Source of the DNA: Octopus sinensis
Taxonomy: Eukaryota
Length of the DNA: 64,000 nucleotides
Assembly: GCF_006345805.1 (NCBI RefSeq)
Contig: NC_043013.1
Coordinates: forward strand, 35,960,001-36,024,000
Direction: 5' to 3'
In this document: positions 24,563-37,830 of the stretch, piece after piece
Numbering within the stretch: position 1 is the stretch's first letter
Layout of the letters: each line of letters opens with the position of its first letter
Notes under the pieces: generated by a model
What the model was told of the DNA's origin: nothing
Database searches by the model: none
The model's input: the letters and a program-made list of their open reading frames with translations, nothing else
Position numbers and translations under genes: made by a program

Positions 24563-25244
24563 AGGACCTGGCAAGCCAAATGAGACCATAACCTCATGGC
24601 CTATGCCAGGGGCATAACCAGCCCACTTATGTGTATCTTTACCTTCTTAGGACACTAAAACTCTGCTTGCGAAGACCTGTTGAGGCAAGTGAAATTAAAA
24701 TCAAAATCAAATTTGATGACTGGCATCCGTGTAAGCAAGGTGCAAAGAGCACCATACGAGTGTGATCATTGACAGAGCTGCTAACCGGCTTCCGTGCCAG
24801 TTGCACATAAAAGGCACCATTCGAGTGTGATCGTTACCAGCGTCACCTTACTGGCACTCAAGCCCCGTGCTAGTAGGGTGCTAAGAGCACCATTCGAGTG
24901 TGATCGTTGCCAGAGTGGCTATCTGGCCTCCATGCTTGTGGCACGTAAAAGGCACCATTCGAGCGTGATCGTTACCAGCATCGCCTTACTGGCACCTGTG
25001 CCGTGGCATGTGTAAAAGATTCGAGCCAGGTCGTTGCCAGTACCGCCTGAATGTCCCCGTGCCAGTGGCACATAAAAGCACCCACTACACTCTCTGAGTG
25101 GTTGGCATTAGGAAGGGCATCCAGCTGTAGAAACTCTGCCAGTTCTAGATTGAAGCCTGGTTCACCAGCCTTCAGTCAAATCGTCCTACCCATGCTAGCA
25201 TGGAAAGTAGATGTTAAACGATGATGATGATGATGATGATGATG
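24563..25244 (+). mobile_element. Family B retroposon, long copy with several internal tandem modules
   Basis: Repeated AAAGGCACCATTCGAG(T/C)GTGATCGTTACCAG modules and a (GAT)n tail. Confidence 0.85.
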
Positions 25245-26022
25245 GTATATATATAGAAAGAGAGAGGGTGAAAGAGAGAGAGAGAGAGAGAGAGTAGGGT
25301 GAGATGATATATATGTATAAATATATACTTATATACATTAACTGAAGTGTACAGCATTATATATCCATTACACCTAATTTTGCTTCCCAACCACATAGCT
25401 TTGAATTCAGTCTCATTACAGGCATCCTCAGGCTGACCAAAACCTTGTGACAGGATTTGTTCTTGGCTGTGTGGTTAAGAATGTTACTTCCCAACATATG
25501 AAATTATTGGTTCTATCCAAATGGATTGCATAGCAGTTGTAAATGAATGTCATACAAGCAGTGTCATTCAGTTCCAATATGCTACAAAAACATGTCTGGT
25601 CATGAGGAAATATTACATCACTTGGAAAGATAATGGTTGGTGACAGGAAGAAGCATCTGGGTGTAGAAAATCTGCCTCAACAAATTCGGTGAGACCCATG
25701 CAAGCATAGAAAATTGGATGTTAAATGATAACATTGATGATCTCTGGACCAGGATTGAACTGAAAACCTTTATCTTTAATATATTGTCCTGATCACTATG
25801 CTTAAGTATCAGGTCCAACATGTGTAAGAGAAAAAAAGGAGGCATCACCACTGAATGATAAACCTAGTCCTTAAGAATATAGGCCAGAGTTTTGGCTGGT
25901 GTTTGAAAAAGCAGAAAAAGATATTTCTGAAAATGGAGTCATAGGGAACCTAAAATAATCATAACAGTTGTGGTTGGAACATCTTTTAGTTTTGATGTAC
26001 CCAGTCAGGGCATATAGTTTTT

Positions 26023-26533
26023 TATTGGGTTGTCCAGAAAGTTTGTGCCGATTTATAGTAGCTTACCTTTCAACTTATTTTAGAACATGGTTGAGTCCAT
26101 AAAATAGGATTTCCTATAACCTGTGTTAATTCTGTAACTCTTTAAAATGGAAGATAAGAAAGTTCATTTTCGGCACTTGATGCTTTGGGAACAAGACAAA
26201 AATTGCTGCAGCTTGGCTGGGATGTGTTACCCCACCCTCCATATTCACCAAATATTGCTCCTTCGGATTTCTACTTATTCAGGTCTCTGCAGAATAGTCT
26301 TAATGGTAAAAATTTCAATTCCTTGAATGACGTTAAAAAGATACCTTGATGAATTCTTTGCCATGAAACCACCTCAAGTCTGGGAAGAGGGCATATTTAA
26401 GTTAAAGGAAAGATGGAGACGCATTGTGCAACAAAATGATTCATAGTTGGTTGATTAAAAATGTAATGGGAAGTATTTATTGATCTTTTTCTTTCCTTTA
26501 AAAATCAGCACAAACTTTCTAGACAACCCAATA
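26023..26533 (+). mobile_element. Internally deleted mariner (about 510 bp) with both TIRs and TA target duplication
   Basis: TA-TTGGGTTGTCCAGAAAGTTTGTGCCGATTT / AAATCAGCACAAACTTTCTAGACAACCCAA-TA; encodes MEDKKVHFRHLMLWE joined to LLQLGWDVLPHPPYSPNIAPSDFYLFRSLQNSL..WRRIVQQN (YSPDLAPSD motif). Confidence 0.92.
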
Positions 26534-28695
26534 TATTGTTGTTTAGCGCCAGCTCAAGCCTGACTGAGCAAACTTATGATCAAAGGAATTCAAACCATGA
26601 CCATTCCATCTTTTTTAAATATATCAAATGTTACATTATCTATTGAGTCCTTCCTTGTTTAAGGAAATAAAATGCAGATGGAGAAGTTGTTGGCTCTGTT
26701 TCTAGTAGACTGAGTAAGTTAGTAGAGATAAATTTATTGTGTAGCTGTGGCCTTCCTTATCCTGTCATTTTTTGTTTTTTTTACTTTTTTGGTCATTGTG
26801 TATCTGAGAATGTATTATCCTATGTGGGCTTTCATTTTTTACAATGGTAAAGTGTGATTCAAGAGAGATTTTGTAGCTATTCTCAGCAGGTCAATTGACT
26901 ACATAGAGCAGGGTATATTAATCATACAACCTATTGGCTTCATTCAGCTTGCAGCAATGTTCCACTCATTCGTATTCAGATTGCTCTGTCAAACATATTT
27001 TTATTTATTCAAATCAGTTTGAATTAATCATGCATTATCTCACAGCTTTAGGATATCAATCATGTGATCATATATCTTTAGTATGACATTGTATAGTATG
27101 CATGAGAGGCTGAATCTGGTCAGTTTGAACATAAATTAAGTAGAATATTTGGGCCTGATATGACTGGTTTAAATTCTAAAGGATTAATCCTTTTATAAAA
27201 GTCAATCATTGTCTTTTTTTAATTTCAAGGTATTCTGCAACATGTATTGCTAGCAGACATTCAAACTTGGAATCTGATTTTTGATTAATACTGGTTTCAA
27301 TTAGTCAAATCAATCCACCTAAAGAAATCTCTTGTAATTTCAACCCAATGAATAGAAGTTTATGAATCTGCATACAAAAATGTGACCTATTTCTCCTTCA
27401 CTTTGCCTATACATGCTGAACAAAATGTAAGTATTTTTCCTTTTCTTTTCTTTTTTTTTTTCAAATTTAGATATACGTTTGTCCAAATGGATTTTATCGA
27501 CATGACTGAAGCTGAAACCATGCAAGCTTCTTATCGAGCATTGATTAGTTTTCTCAAGAACTGTATGCATTTATTTTGATGGTTTCTATCTTCATCCTTA
27601 CTCTAAGGACTTACTTTATAGGACATGATATCCACCAGATAAGTTAAGATTTTGGCTTTTTGGGTCCTTACATCTCTACCCACAAACTTTGCTAACTCTT
27701 TATATTTCTTTCATTCCTTTACTGTTTACCAGAGTTGTAATAATGTTTATTGATTCCTTTATCCTTTTAAATATGGCCAGTGCAGTGAAAAGGATCTTTA
27801 GGAATAATTTTCCCAATCCAATGCACAAGATTTAGTTTATACATCAATCTAGCTGGCAAAGAGAAACAAATTCGATACTCCAGATAGAGATATTTTTCTG
27901 TGACATCCAGAGGTTAGAGAAGATAAAGTGGACCATAATTTAAAAAAAAAAAGAAGAAAAAGCCCCAGAAAATTTGCTTAGGGAAACTGAGAAGGATTAA
28001 GCTAAATTGTAACACCCATTTAGCCTGGCACTTAAGAGGGAAAAGTGGTTAGGTTTCTTATCATTATATCTCTGCTACCCCAATCAATAGGGAGATGAGA
28101 GAGGAGAAAGGAGAGAGAAAGAGAGAGAAAAAAAGGAGGGAAAGAGAGAGAAGAGAGAGGGGAAAGGGGTTATTCTCAACAATGTACGCAATTTGTTCAT
28201 TAATTTAATTTCTTTTCTTTGAGATTTTCTGCACCAAATAAAATTTAATTGAAGTCAGGCCACTGGTTCTAGGGATGTCATTATTTTGATCACTACAAAA
28301 GAACTTTACAAATAAGAATAATTATAACGATAATAATAATTATTATTATCATTGTTGTTGTCGTTGTAAGTGTTTTTGTTGGGTCTGTTATGTTCCTTTT
28401 GTGAAATCAATAAATGCATTCCGTATTGTTGTTGTGATTGTTTAATTATTTTTTTTTTACTGATTGTGATTCCAATTCTGTTGCTGCTGCTGTTGTTGTT
28501 GTTGTTGTTGTTGCTGCTGCTGCTGCTGCTACTGCTGTTGTTGTTCAAAGGAATCAACAAATACAGTGCCAAAAATACAATCAAACCATTATATATTTGG
28601 AATTCATTTTAGAGTTTTGATCTTCAATTATACTTTTTGATCGATCTATATATCTATTAATCTATCTTTACATGCGTACATGCATATATGTACAC

Positions 28696-28737
<42 letters not shown>

Positions 28738-30216
28738 ACACATATACATGTCTGTATACACATATAAATATACATATATACATATATATACACATGTATA
28801 CACATATATGTGTAAATGTATATACACATAAATATATTATTTATAAGCACATATATGTGTGTGTGTTTGTATATATATATATGTATGTATATTTATATGC
28901 ATATATATGTAGATATATACATGTATATATATACATACATACATACATACATACACATATATATATATATATAGATAGATAGATAGATAGATAGATATAT
29001 ATATATAGATGTATATATATATATACATACATACATATATATATATATAATATGTATATATATATATATATAATATATATATATATATGTGTGTGTGTAT
29101 GTATATAATTATTTGTTATTTACTACTTGTGTCATTGAAATAAAATGCTTATTATATTTCCTTTGCAGATAATTGCTAAGTCATTGTAATCTGGTAAACA
29201 TTGAAAACTGAAGACCAATGAGTGTATAAACTAAAAATAATATGTTATTAATAACAATGTGAATTATAATTAACGAATACATATATAATTGCCGGTAATA
29301 CAAAAATAAAACTATATACACTTAGCACAGCTGTTAAGAAGATTATTTTGCATCTGCATCGTCTCAGGTTCAGTCCTATTGCAAGGCGCCTTTTGTACCT
29401 TTACTTGGGTTGACCAAAGTTTTGTGACTGAAATTTTGAGAAATGGAAAATGTAAACTGGCATCCCATTGGTTACAACAATGAGGGCATGTAAAAAGCAC
29501 CATTCGAGCGTGATGGTTACCTGAGTCGCCTTACTGGTACGTGAATAAACATTTGAGCGAGGTTGATGCCAGTGCTGCTGGACTGGTTCCTGTTTTGGTA
29601 GCATGTAGAAAAAACACCATTTGTGCATGTATGTATATATATATGTTTATATACATACACACACACACACACACATATACATATACATATATGTATATGC
29701 GTGTATATATATGTATATATATCTATGTGTATGTCTTTGTGTTTCTGTTTGTCCCCACCCACCCCCCACTGCTTGACAACCAATGTTGGTGCATTTATGC
29801 CCCCCCCCACATAACTTAGCAGTTCAGCAAAAGTGACCAATAGAATAAATACTAGGCTTTAGATAAATAAGTCTTGTGGTCAATTTGTTCAACTAAAGCC
29901 CTTCAAGGTGAGGCTCCAGCGTGGCCGCAGTCAAATGCCTGAAACTAGTAAAAACAATAAAAGATAAAAAAAAAACACTAACAATGCAGAGCTCGTTAAG
30001 AGTTCTCTAAATTACTTTTTAAATTAACCTGATTCATAATTATCTGTTAGTTTACTGTTTCTATTAGCCAAGTTGTGTTAAAAAATACACTAGGTCTAGT
30101 TAGTAATTAGCTAAATTAGTAACTCAGATTAGAAGGGTGAATTAATTAAAAATATTAAGACAAAAGAATAAAGGAGAGAATGCAAACACAGTATGTGAGC
30201 CTATTGTCAACATACA

Positions 30217-30387
30217 GGCGCAGGAGTGGCTGTGTGGTAAGTAGCTTGCTTACCAACCACATGGTTCTGGGTTCAGTCTCACTGCGTGGCACCTTGGGCA
30301 AGTGTCTTCTACTATAGCCTCGGGCTAGCCAATGCCTTGTGAGTGGATTTGGTAGACGGAAACTGAAAGAAGCTCGTCATATATATG

Positions 30388-30420
<33 letters not shown>

Positions 30421-30641
30421 GTGCATGTGTTTGTGTGTCTGTGTTTGTCCCCCTCGCTTTGTTTGACAACCGATGCTGGTGTGTTTATGTCCCTTTCACT
30501 TAGTGGTTCGGCAAAAGAGACCGATAGAATAAGTACTGGGCTTACAAAGAATAAGTCCAGGGGTCGAGTTGCTTGATTAAATGTGGTGCTCCAGCATGGC
30601 TGCAGTCAAATGACTGAAACAAGTAAAAGAGTAAAAGAGTA
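30217..30641 (+). mobile_element. SINE family A, full length
   Basis: Complete head, body and tail. Confidence 0.9.
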
Positions 30642-31052
30642 TACAAAAATCACTGAATAACTGAATGAACAAACAAACAAGTTCGTTTTATTAAGGTGCA
30701 TTGCGGTAATTAAACTTTTAAACAATTATTATGAATAGTTAACATATATTTTATGTAATTAACTATTAAGATCTATTTTTGTAAGTCTTTTATTTTGTTT
30801 TAAATATATCTAAAGCATGGAGTTATTAAGTGTGAGATCATTAAATGAGGTATTAATTGCTATAACTGATTTCAGCATTGCTTCTCAAATGATGTTGATG
30901 GGATAAACACAGACTCAGACACACACACACACCACACACACACACACACACGCGCGCGCAAATACACACACACACACACACTCATATGAGGGAGGGGATG
31001 CTGAAAAGTTCCTGGCTTTAAGGTTATTGCGTAAGGCCTGGTTAGAGGCCGT

Positions 31053-31884
31053 GTTGACCATTTGGTTCCATTCAAGCAATTCATAATGGATAATCCCTTC
31101 CTAGTCCCACCATATGCACAACATCGTTTTACACAGAAGAAGATCTTGCTTAACGCGTGGTGTCACTTGTTTACCGGAACTAAGCCATTCCTTATGCTGC
31201 TTCATATTGATGTACAAGTACCATTTTTTGTCCCCAGTAACAATTCAGTTAAGAAACCATTGCTTGTGTCCATGAGTTAAGCAGTGATGAGCAAGCAAAC
31301 CAGAGGAGGTTGTGGCTCGTTGATTTTTGTTGTTGTCACTTGAAGCATGTGGAACCCATGCTCCATACTTCTGAACTTTTCCCATCGAGTGAAGATTCTT
31401 CTCTATAGCAGTGTGGGAGCATTCCATTTTGCCTGCCAGTTCCCTTGTCATTTGATGAAAATTTTCATGTAAAAGTTGGTTTAATGACTCTTCATCGAAC
31501 TCAACTGGACAGCCAAAACAAGGTGTGTCTTTGAGGTCAAAATTTCCGTTTTTGAACTTGGCATACCAATCATGAGCAGTTCTTTCAGCTATAGCAACCT
31601 CTCCATACTCAGCACATATGTCATGAACAGCTTTTGCGGCTTTAGAACTTTGATTAAAAGCAAAAAGAAGGAAGTGTCGAAAATGCTCGTTTTTCTTAAC
31701 TTGACATCCCATTTTAATGAATTGAAAATAAATAAAAATTAACTAAAATTAACTAGAAAAAAAAAATAGATTCCAAAATGATTCAAAAATAGAATTCTTG
31801 AAAGAAAAATAGATTCCAAAATTTAAAAATGCAATAAATTCCAAAATTTAAAAAGATGGCGGTAACTTAGTTGCCAACCCAGTA
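31053..31884 (-). mobile_element. 3'-truncated mariner transposase pseudogene, joined to a different mariner-type end at about 30985-31052
   Basis: TIR TA-CTGGGTTGGCAACTAAGT; MGCQVKKNEHFRH..WVPHAS..FLN*IVTGDKKW..TMLCIWWD*EGIIHYELL; only the first catalytic D is present. Confidence 0.92.
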
Positions 31885-31934
31885 CATGTGGATCATTGTC
31901 GATTTTTTCCTCTGTCTTCCATTTCTCTTTGTCT

Positions 31935-31975
31935 CCTGTTACTGAGGAAGAGCTTTGCTTGAAGCATTAAACTAC
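31935..31975 (+). ncRNA. Decayed minimal hammerhead relic in a pLTR-like repeat
   Basis: CTGAGGA-A-GAGC-TTT-GCTT-GAAG-CAT-T; consistent with decay of GCTCGAAACGTT. Confidence 0.4.
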
Positions 31976-32076
31976 CTTTCCTTCCCTGAGTGTCTGCTAA
32001 TACTTAGCATTTTCCACGTCCTTGCATTTTTTTGTTTTTTCTTGTGATTTTTCTTCATTTTGGGGGATTAATTATG

Positions 32077-32146
<70 letters not shown>

Positions 32147-32149
<3 letters not shown>

Positions 32150-32471
32150 CACATCAGTAGCGAGGTCATCAGAGAGAAGTCCAGCATGAGGGATGTCATC
32201 GTAGAATATACACGCAGCAAGTTTAGATGGGCTGGACACGTCACCCGGCTCACCAATAATCAGTGGACCTGTGCAGTTGTCGAGTGGTACCTGCACGAGT
32301 GGAAACAACCACTCAGAAGGCCTCCATGACGGTGGAGTTACAATTTCAGGAGGGCAATTGGGATCACGTGGTTGAGAAAGGTGCGATCCAGAGAGGAGTA
32401 GACAGCATGCTGTGACCAGCAGTGTCAAGCGGATGCCTGACGGACTGGTCGGTCAAAGTGATCAAGGTGAT
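32147..32471 (+). mobile_element. RTE-clade LINE 3' fragment
   Basis: EVIREKSSMRDVIVEYTRSKFRWAGHVTRLTNNQWTCAVVEWYLHEWKQPLRRPP*RW..ITWLRKVRSREE*, the RTE C-terminal RWAGHV..W..RPP.RW signature; AAGTGATCAAGGTGAT tail. Confidence 0.88.
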
Positions 32472-34622
32472 TTACACATACATGCATACATATAGGAGGA
32501 ATTTCAACTGTGTTTCGTGGTCTGCTACCACAACAGCTCCTTTATAGGATCCAGTTAGCTCAAGACATGTATATACATGTGTGTGTGTGATAGGCTTCTT
32601 TCAATTTCCATCCTTCACATCCACTCACAAGGCTTTGGTTGGCCCGCGCCTATAGTAAAAGACACTGAAGGTGCCATGCAGTAGGGCTGAAGCTAAAACA
32701 GTATGGTTAAGAATCAAGCTTCTAACCATTCTTACCTGACATCCATACCTGTACCTATGGTGGACTTTGTTGAGAATTCTTCATTGATTATCACCCAATT
32801 ATACACTAGCTCTACAGTTTAAAAAAAAACATCTCTAACTTAAAAACAAGAGTTAGCAACAGGAAAGGCATCTGGCTGCAAAACAATACTACACTAATAT
32901 GTGTTCATCTTACCCATGCAAGCATGGAAAAATAGATGTAAAACGAATGAGTAAACGTTCGATATATAAAACTGAGTATGTATGAGTCATTGTTCCAGAC
33001 TTCCTCATTAACAATCCTTAGAGAATAGTAATTTATTTGGACTCACACAGAGTTGGCTTTGATTAGATAGTGTTATTACACTCTACTTAGCTCTGTTGAG
33101 TACTACAGTTTGCTTAAATGCAGCTCACACAAGTGTGAAACCCCAACCATCTCTCTCTCCCCCTCTCTCTCACTCACTCTCTCTCCCTTTTTCTCACTCA
33201 CTCACCTTCATTCTTCTAATGTACACTCTTACACATACACACATATATAAAATATGTACATATGAATGTATGTATGTATGCATGCTTGTGTGTATATAAG
33301 TATGAATGTGTGTTTGAATGTATGTATGAATGTGTGTGTGAATGTATGACTGCATGTACGAATGTGTGTATGTACATATGTAAGTACGAACGCATGAATG
33401 TATATATTCATGAATGTAGGCATGTGTATGTGTGAGTGTGTGTGTGTGTGAGTGACTATGGGTGTGTGTTTGTGTGTGTGTATGTATGTGTATATATGCA
33501 TGTGTATGTGTATGTATGTGTGTGTGTGTGCCAAATACACATTGCCTGCAAATAAATTAAATTAGAAAATTTTTTTGTTTTTGCATTTTTTAATTAATAT
33601 AAAGATATTAAATTATTATTAATAATTAAACAAGTTCCCTACAAGAAACATCCACCAATTAAAAAACAAATAAAAAATAAACGATAAAAAAATAAAAACA
33701 CTCCCACCAAAAACAAAACAACAAACAAAAAATGCACAATGATACTAATAATGAGGTATTGAAAAATTGTGTTTATGAAGTGTTTTTCAAGTAGGTTGAC
33801 TGATTCAGTGATGGGAACTTTGACTTATAAGGTCAAGAGATTAACAAGAGTCTTTCTAATTTCTCACAAATCAAGGTTAGTTATTTTATTGTTGAAAATA
33901 AAATCAAAATAAAAAAATAAATTTAAAGGAACATACTATAAAGAAAAAAATAATGTAAATAAATTTTTGTAGAGTATCAAAAAAAAAAAGAAAAAAATTA
34001 ATATTTAATGAAAATGTAAAATGAACTTCTCTGACTGTTTATTAGGAAAAAATTAAATGCGTGTGCACGCACATGCACATACATATGTATGTGCATATAT
34101 ATGTGTGTGTGTGTGTGCGTGTGTGTGCGTGTGTGTGCATATGCATATATGTGTACTGGGAAACTGAAATGCAAATACATACACGCAGAAAAATGCATGC
34201 ACGTAGATTTAGTGACAAATATATATATATATATATGTAAAAGAGAGAGAGAGAGAGAGAGAGAAAGACAGGGAAAGATACATGCATGTACAGGCAAATG
34301 CTTTTCCTCTCTCTCTTTCACTCTTTCTCTCTTTCTCCCTCTGCCTGTCTCTCTCTCTTTCGCTCACACACACACACTGTTAAAGACATAGATGTGCGTG
34401 CTCGCAAGCATGCATGTGTGTATACATGAAAAAAACCATAAAGTGATATACACACCACTCCACATATTCACACTTATATGAAATCCATACCTATATATAC
34501 ATACATATACATATATATACATATATATACACATATATATATGTATATATATATATTTATATATATATATATACACGCATATATATATATATATATACAC
34601 ACACATATATATATACACACAC

Positions 34623-34668
<46 letters not shown>

Positions 34669-34674
34669 TCATAC

Positions 34675-34705
<31 letters not shown>

Positions 34706-35690
34706 CATATGTGTATCTAGGTGTGTATACATCAATTAGGTGCAGTGGTGTTAAAGGACAGTTTTATTAAACAGCCTGGATGATGTTAAATTAATTACTA
34801 GCTACATTTATGTTTCATTTAATATTTTTCTTTTAATTTCTTTGTGTCTTTTTTATTTTTTATTTTGAAGTTTTTCTAATTATCGATTGAATTTTATTTA
34901 TTTATTTATTCACTTTTATTAATTCATATCTTTACTTTTTTGACAGTGTGGGGGAGAAAAATAATTTAATTTAATAGTTTTTATGAGTTTTTCTTACAAA
35001 TTTTAATTATTTAAAAAAAAAGTTTTTCTATTTTTTTTAATACATATTGTTTCTCTTTTCTTTTCTTTCCTTTTCTGTCTCCCTTTCTACTGTAACACTA
35101 CTCCATTTCATCAGTTTTTTCCTCCCCTCCCAGATCTATTTTCTTACTATGTTACTTTCTACCTCCCCCTCCCCCAATTCTAACCAGTCATCACACACTT
35201 CACTTGTAAATTGAATTTGTGTTGAGTTGGAAAATTTTTTTTGTGAAAACATCTTTTTTAGTGTCACATTTTAGATTGTTTTTTGTGCAGTTTTTGTTTT
35301 ATTTGTAGTCATTATTCTGGTGAAATTTAAACAATTTTTATGCTCTGCCCCCTTAGTTTTATTTGTTCATTGCTTACTCACCATATCAGGACACTCCCTC
35401 CCTTAACGTCCTCATCATCATCAACACCATCACCCTCATTCATCATCAACCAAAAATAGCTGGAACTTTGAGACTAACCAAAGCTGCTGGATTTGTTTAT
35501 ATTTTCAGCAAACAATCATTTGCTGATCAGTGCTTATATCTGCCAACTAATAAAAATTTGTCACTTGTGCCATCTACTGTGATTTGAGGAATGAATATTT
35601 TCGTATTTATTTCTCACATATCTTGACAAGTTCAAGCACAAAATATGCTGTGCATTGTAGTATATGTCACAGAAGAATACCTTCTTCCTA

Positions 35691-35731
35691 TTAAATGAGA
35701 CACAACATGTCGAAACACTGATATCCCAGAA
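35691..35731 (+). ncRNA. Hammerhead copy 1 (core and stem III decayed, stem II perfect)
   Basis: TTAAATGA-GACA-CAACA-TGTC-GAAA-CACTGATAT-C-CCAGAA. Confidence 0.55.
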
Positions 35732-36017
35732 TGCTATGCACCAATAAGACCAGTGTGTTGAACTCACTTTTGTTGAAAAGAGAGAAGTTATTCTCCTGAC
35801 AAATACGCAACAGCACCCAGCATATTTTGCATCTGGACACACCAAGATGTGTTAAGAATAAATATGGAAACTTTTGTTTCTCATTTCACTGTAGGTGATG
35901 CAAACAACAATTTTTTTTTATCAGCTGGCAGATATAAGCACTGATCAGCAAACAACTGTGCTTGCTGAAAGTATAAACAAAGCCAGCAGCTTTGCCTGGT
36001 CTCAAAGTTCCAAATAT

Positions 36018-36063
36018 TTCTGACTGATGAGGCACAACATATTGAAACACCAGTGTCCCAGAA
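36018..36063 (+). ncRNA. Hammerhead copy 2 (core and stem III intact, stem II decayed)
   Basis: TTCTGA-CTGATGA-GGCACAACATATT-GAA-ACA-CCAG-TGT-C-CCAGAA; GUC triplet, predicted cleavage after 36057. Confidence 0.7.
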
Positions 36064-36426
36064 TTCTGTGCACCAATGTGATGATTGTAATGAACACATT
36101 GTTGTCTAAAAGGGAGAAGTTATTCTCCTAAGACATACACAGAAATCATATTTGTACCTAAACCTACCTAGATGTAATAAGAACAAAAATGCAGACCTTC
36201 ATTATTGGGGTCAATGTAAGCTACTAACCCCAATTCCCACAAAATTTCAAGGTCTGGTTCTGTTTATTACAAACTAATATTGTAGTTGCTTGGCCCTGCT
36301 CAGTTCAGATTAAAAATGCAAAGGAATTCTAAAGGACATATGGTCTGTGGGGCAACATAGCATATCTGACACCAAATCAGAAGGCTGTGGGTTCAAATCA
36401 CATTGATGTCACAGAAAATTTGTACA

Positions 36427-36810
36427 GGCGCAGGTGTGGCAGTGTGGTAAGAAGTTTGCTTCCCAACCACATGGTTCCAAGTTTAGTCGCACTGTGTGGC
36501 ACCTTGAGCAAGTGTCTTATAGCTTTGGGCCAAGCAAACTCTTGTGACTGGAGTTTGTGAATGGAAACTGAAAGAAGCTTGTCATATATATGTATATATA
36601 TATCTATGCATGTGTGTCTTTGTGTATGTCTTTGTCCCCACCACTACTTGTTAACCAGTGTTGGTGTGTTTATGTCCTCATAACTTAGCAGTTTAGCAAA
36701 AGAGAGACCAATGGTATAAGTAGCTTTACAGAAAAATAAGCTCTAGGTTGAGCTATTTGACTGGTGCCCCAACATTGCCATAGTCTAATGACTGAAACAA
36801 GTAAAAGATA
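36427..36810 (+). mobile_element. SINE family A, diverged
   Basis: Family A head, body and tail. Confidence 0.8.
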
Positions 36811-36947
36811 AAATATACAAAAAATGAAGCCTATGGTGCTTTGCTGAATGCATAATGCACGAGTGAAGGAGCACAAAAGAGGTGAGAAAACAGCTGGTTT
36901 TAAGGGGACTCAGATGTTATGTACAAATGAGAATATTCCTTTTCAGC

Positions 36948-37601
36948 TCTAGGCACAAGGCCCGAAATTTTTGGGGAGGGGGCCAGTCGATTAGATCAAT
37001 CCCAGTATGCAACTGATACTTAATTTATCAACCCCAAATGGATGAAAGGCAAAGTTAACCTCGGTAGAATTTGAACTTTGAATGGGAAGACCAACAAAAT
37101 ACTGCTAAACTTTTCACCCGGCATGTTAACGTTTCTGCCAGCTCACTACCTTCAATAATAATCTTTTCTACTCTGGGCACAAAGCCCGAAATTTTTTGGG
37201 GAGGGGTCAGTCGATTAGATCGACTCTAGTACACAACTGGTGCTTAATTTATCAACTCCAAAAGGATGAAAAGCAAAGTCAACCTCGGTGGAATTTGAAC
37301 TCTGAACGTAAAGACAGACAAAATACTGCTAAGCATTTCACCCAGCATGCTAATGTTTCTGCCAGCTCACTACCTTAAATAGTAATCTTTTCTACTCTGG
37401 GCACAAGGCCCGAAATTTGGGGGGGAAGGGGGTCAGTCAATTAGATAAACCCCAGTACGCAACTGGTACTCAATTTATTGACCCCAAAAGGATGAAAGGC
37501 AAAGTCGACCTTGGCAGAATTTGAACTCAGAACGTAAAGACTAACGAAATGATGCTAAGCATTTTGGCCAGCATGCTAACGTTTCGGCCAGCTCACCGCC
37601 T
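36948..37601 (-). mobile_element. Three head-to-tail family C SINE copies, period about 224 bp
   Basis: GCACAA(G/A)GCCCGAAATTT recurs at about 36952, 37177 and 37401. Confidence 0.85.
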
Positions 37602-37619
37602 TGTACAAATGGGAATATT

Positions 37620-37830
37620 TTGTTGGTACGGTCATATGATACATGTGAAAGAGTTCACTTGTATAATGAAGTACTGAATACTTAATGTGTATGGAACTTG
37701 CGGAAAAGTGAGATCTGAGAAAATCTGAGGCAAAGTTGTGCAAACTAATCTGAAAAAGATGAACCTTGCAAGGGAGTTGACAAAGGGCCAAAGGAATGTG
37801 GTAACACACAGCACTGGAAAAGGTATGTCC
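37620..37830 (+). mobile_element. Degenerate RTE-type LINE 3' fragment
   Basis: Frame-disrupted CWYGHM..GTCGK..KVVQTNLKKMNLARELT; resembles the RTE RWYGHV..GRGRPRKTW region. Confidence 0.5.

Larger units (their letters stand above)
35443..36196. mobile_element. Decayed retrozyme-like / pLTR element: inverted partial monomer (35443-35690) plus about 1.5 direct monomers (35691-36196), monomer 332 nt
   Basis: 35443-35690 is the diverged reverse complement of about 35780-36030; 35691-35871 is directly repeated at 36023-36196; each direct repeat starts with a hammerhead. Confidence 0.75.

Noticed and set aside
13700-29325. Scattered plus-strand exon-like pieces (about 13724-13757, 22441-22471, 27356-27426, 29169 onward)
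   Set aside because: They are short, splice signals are common by chance in AT-rich DNA, and there is no recognisable product.
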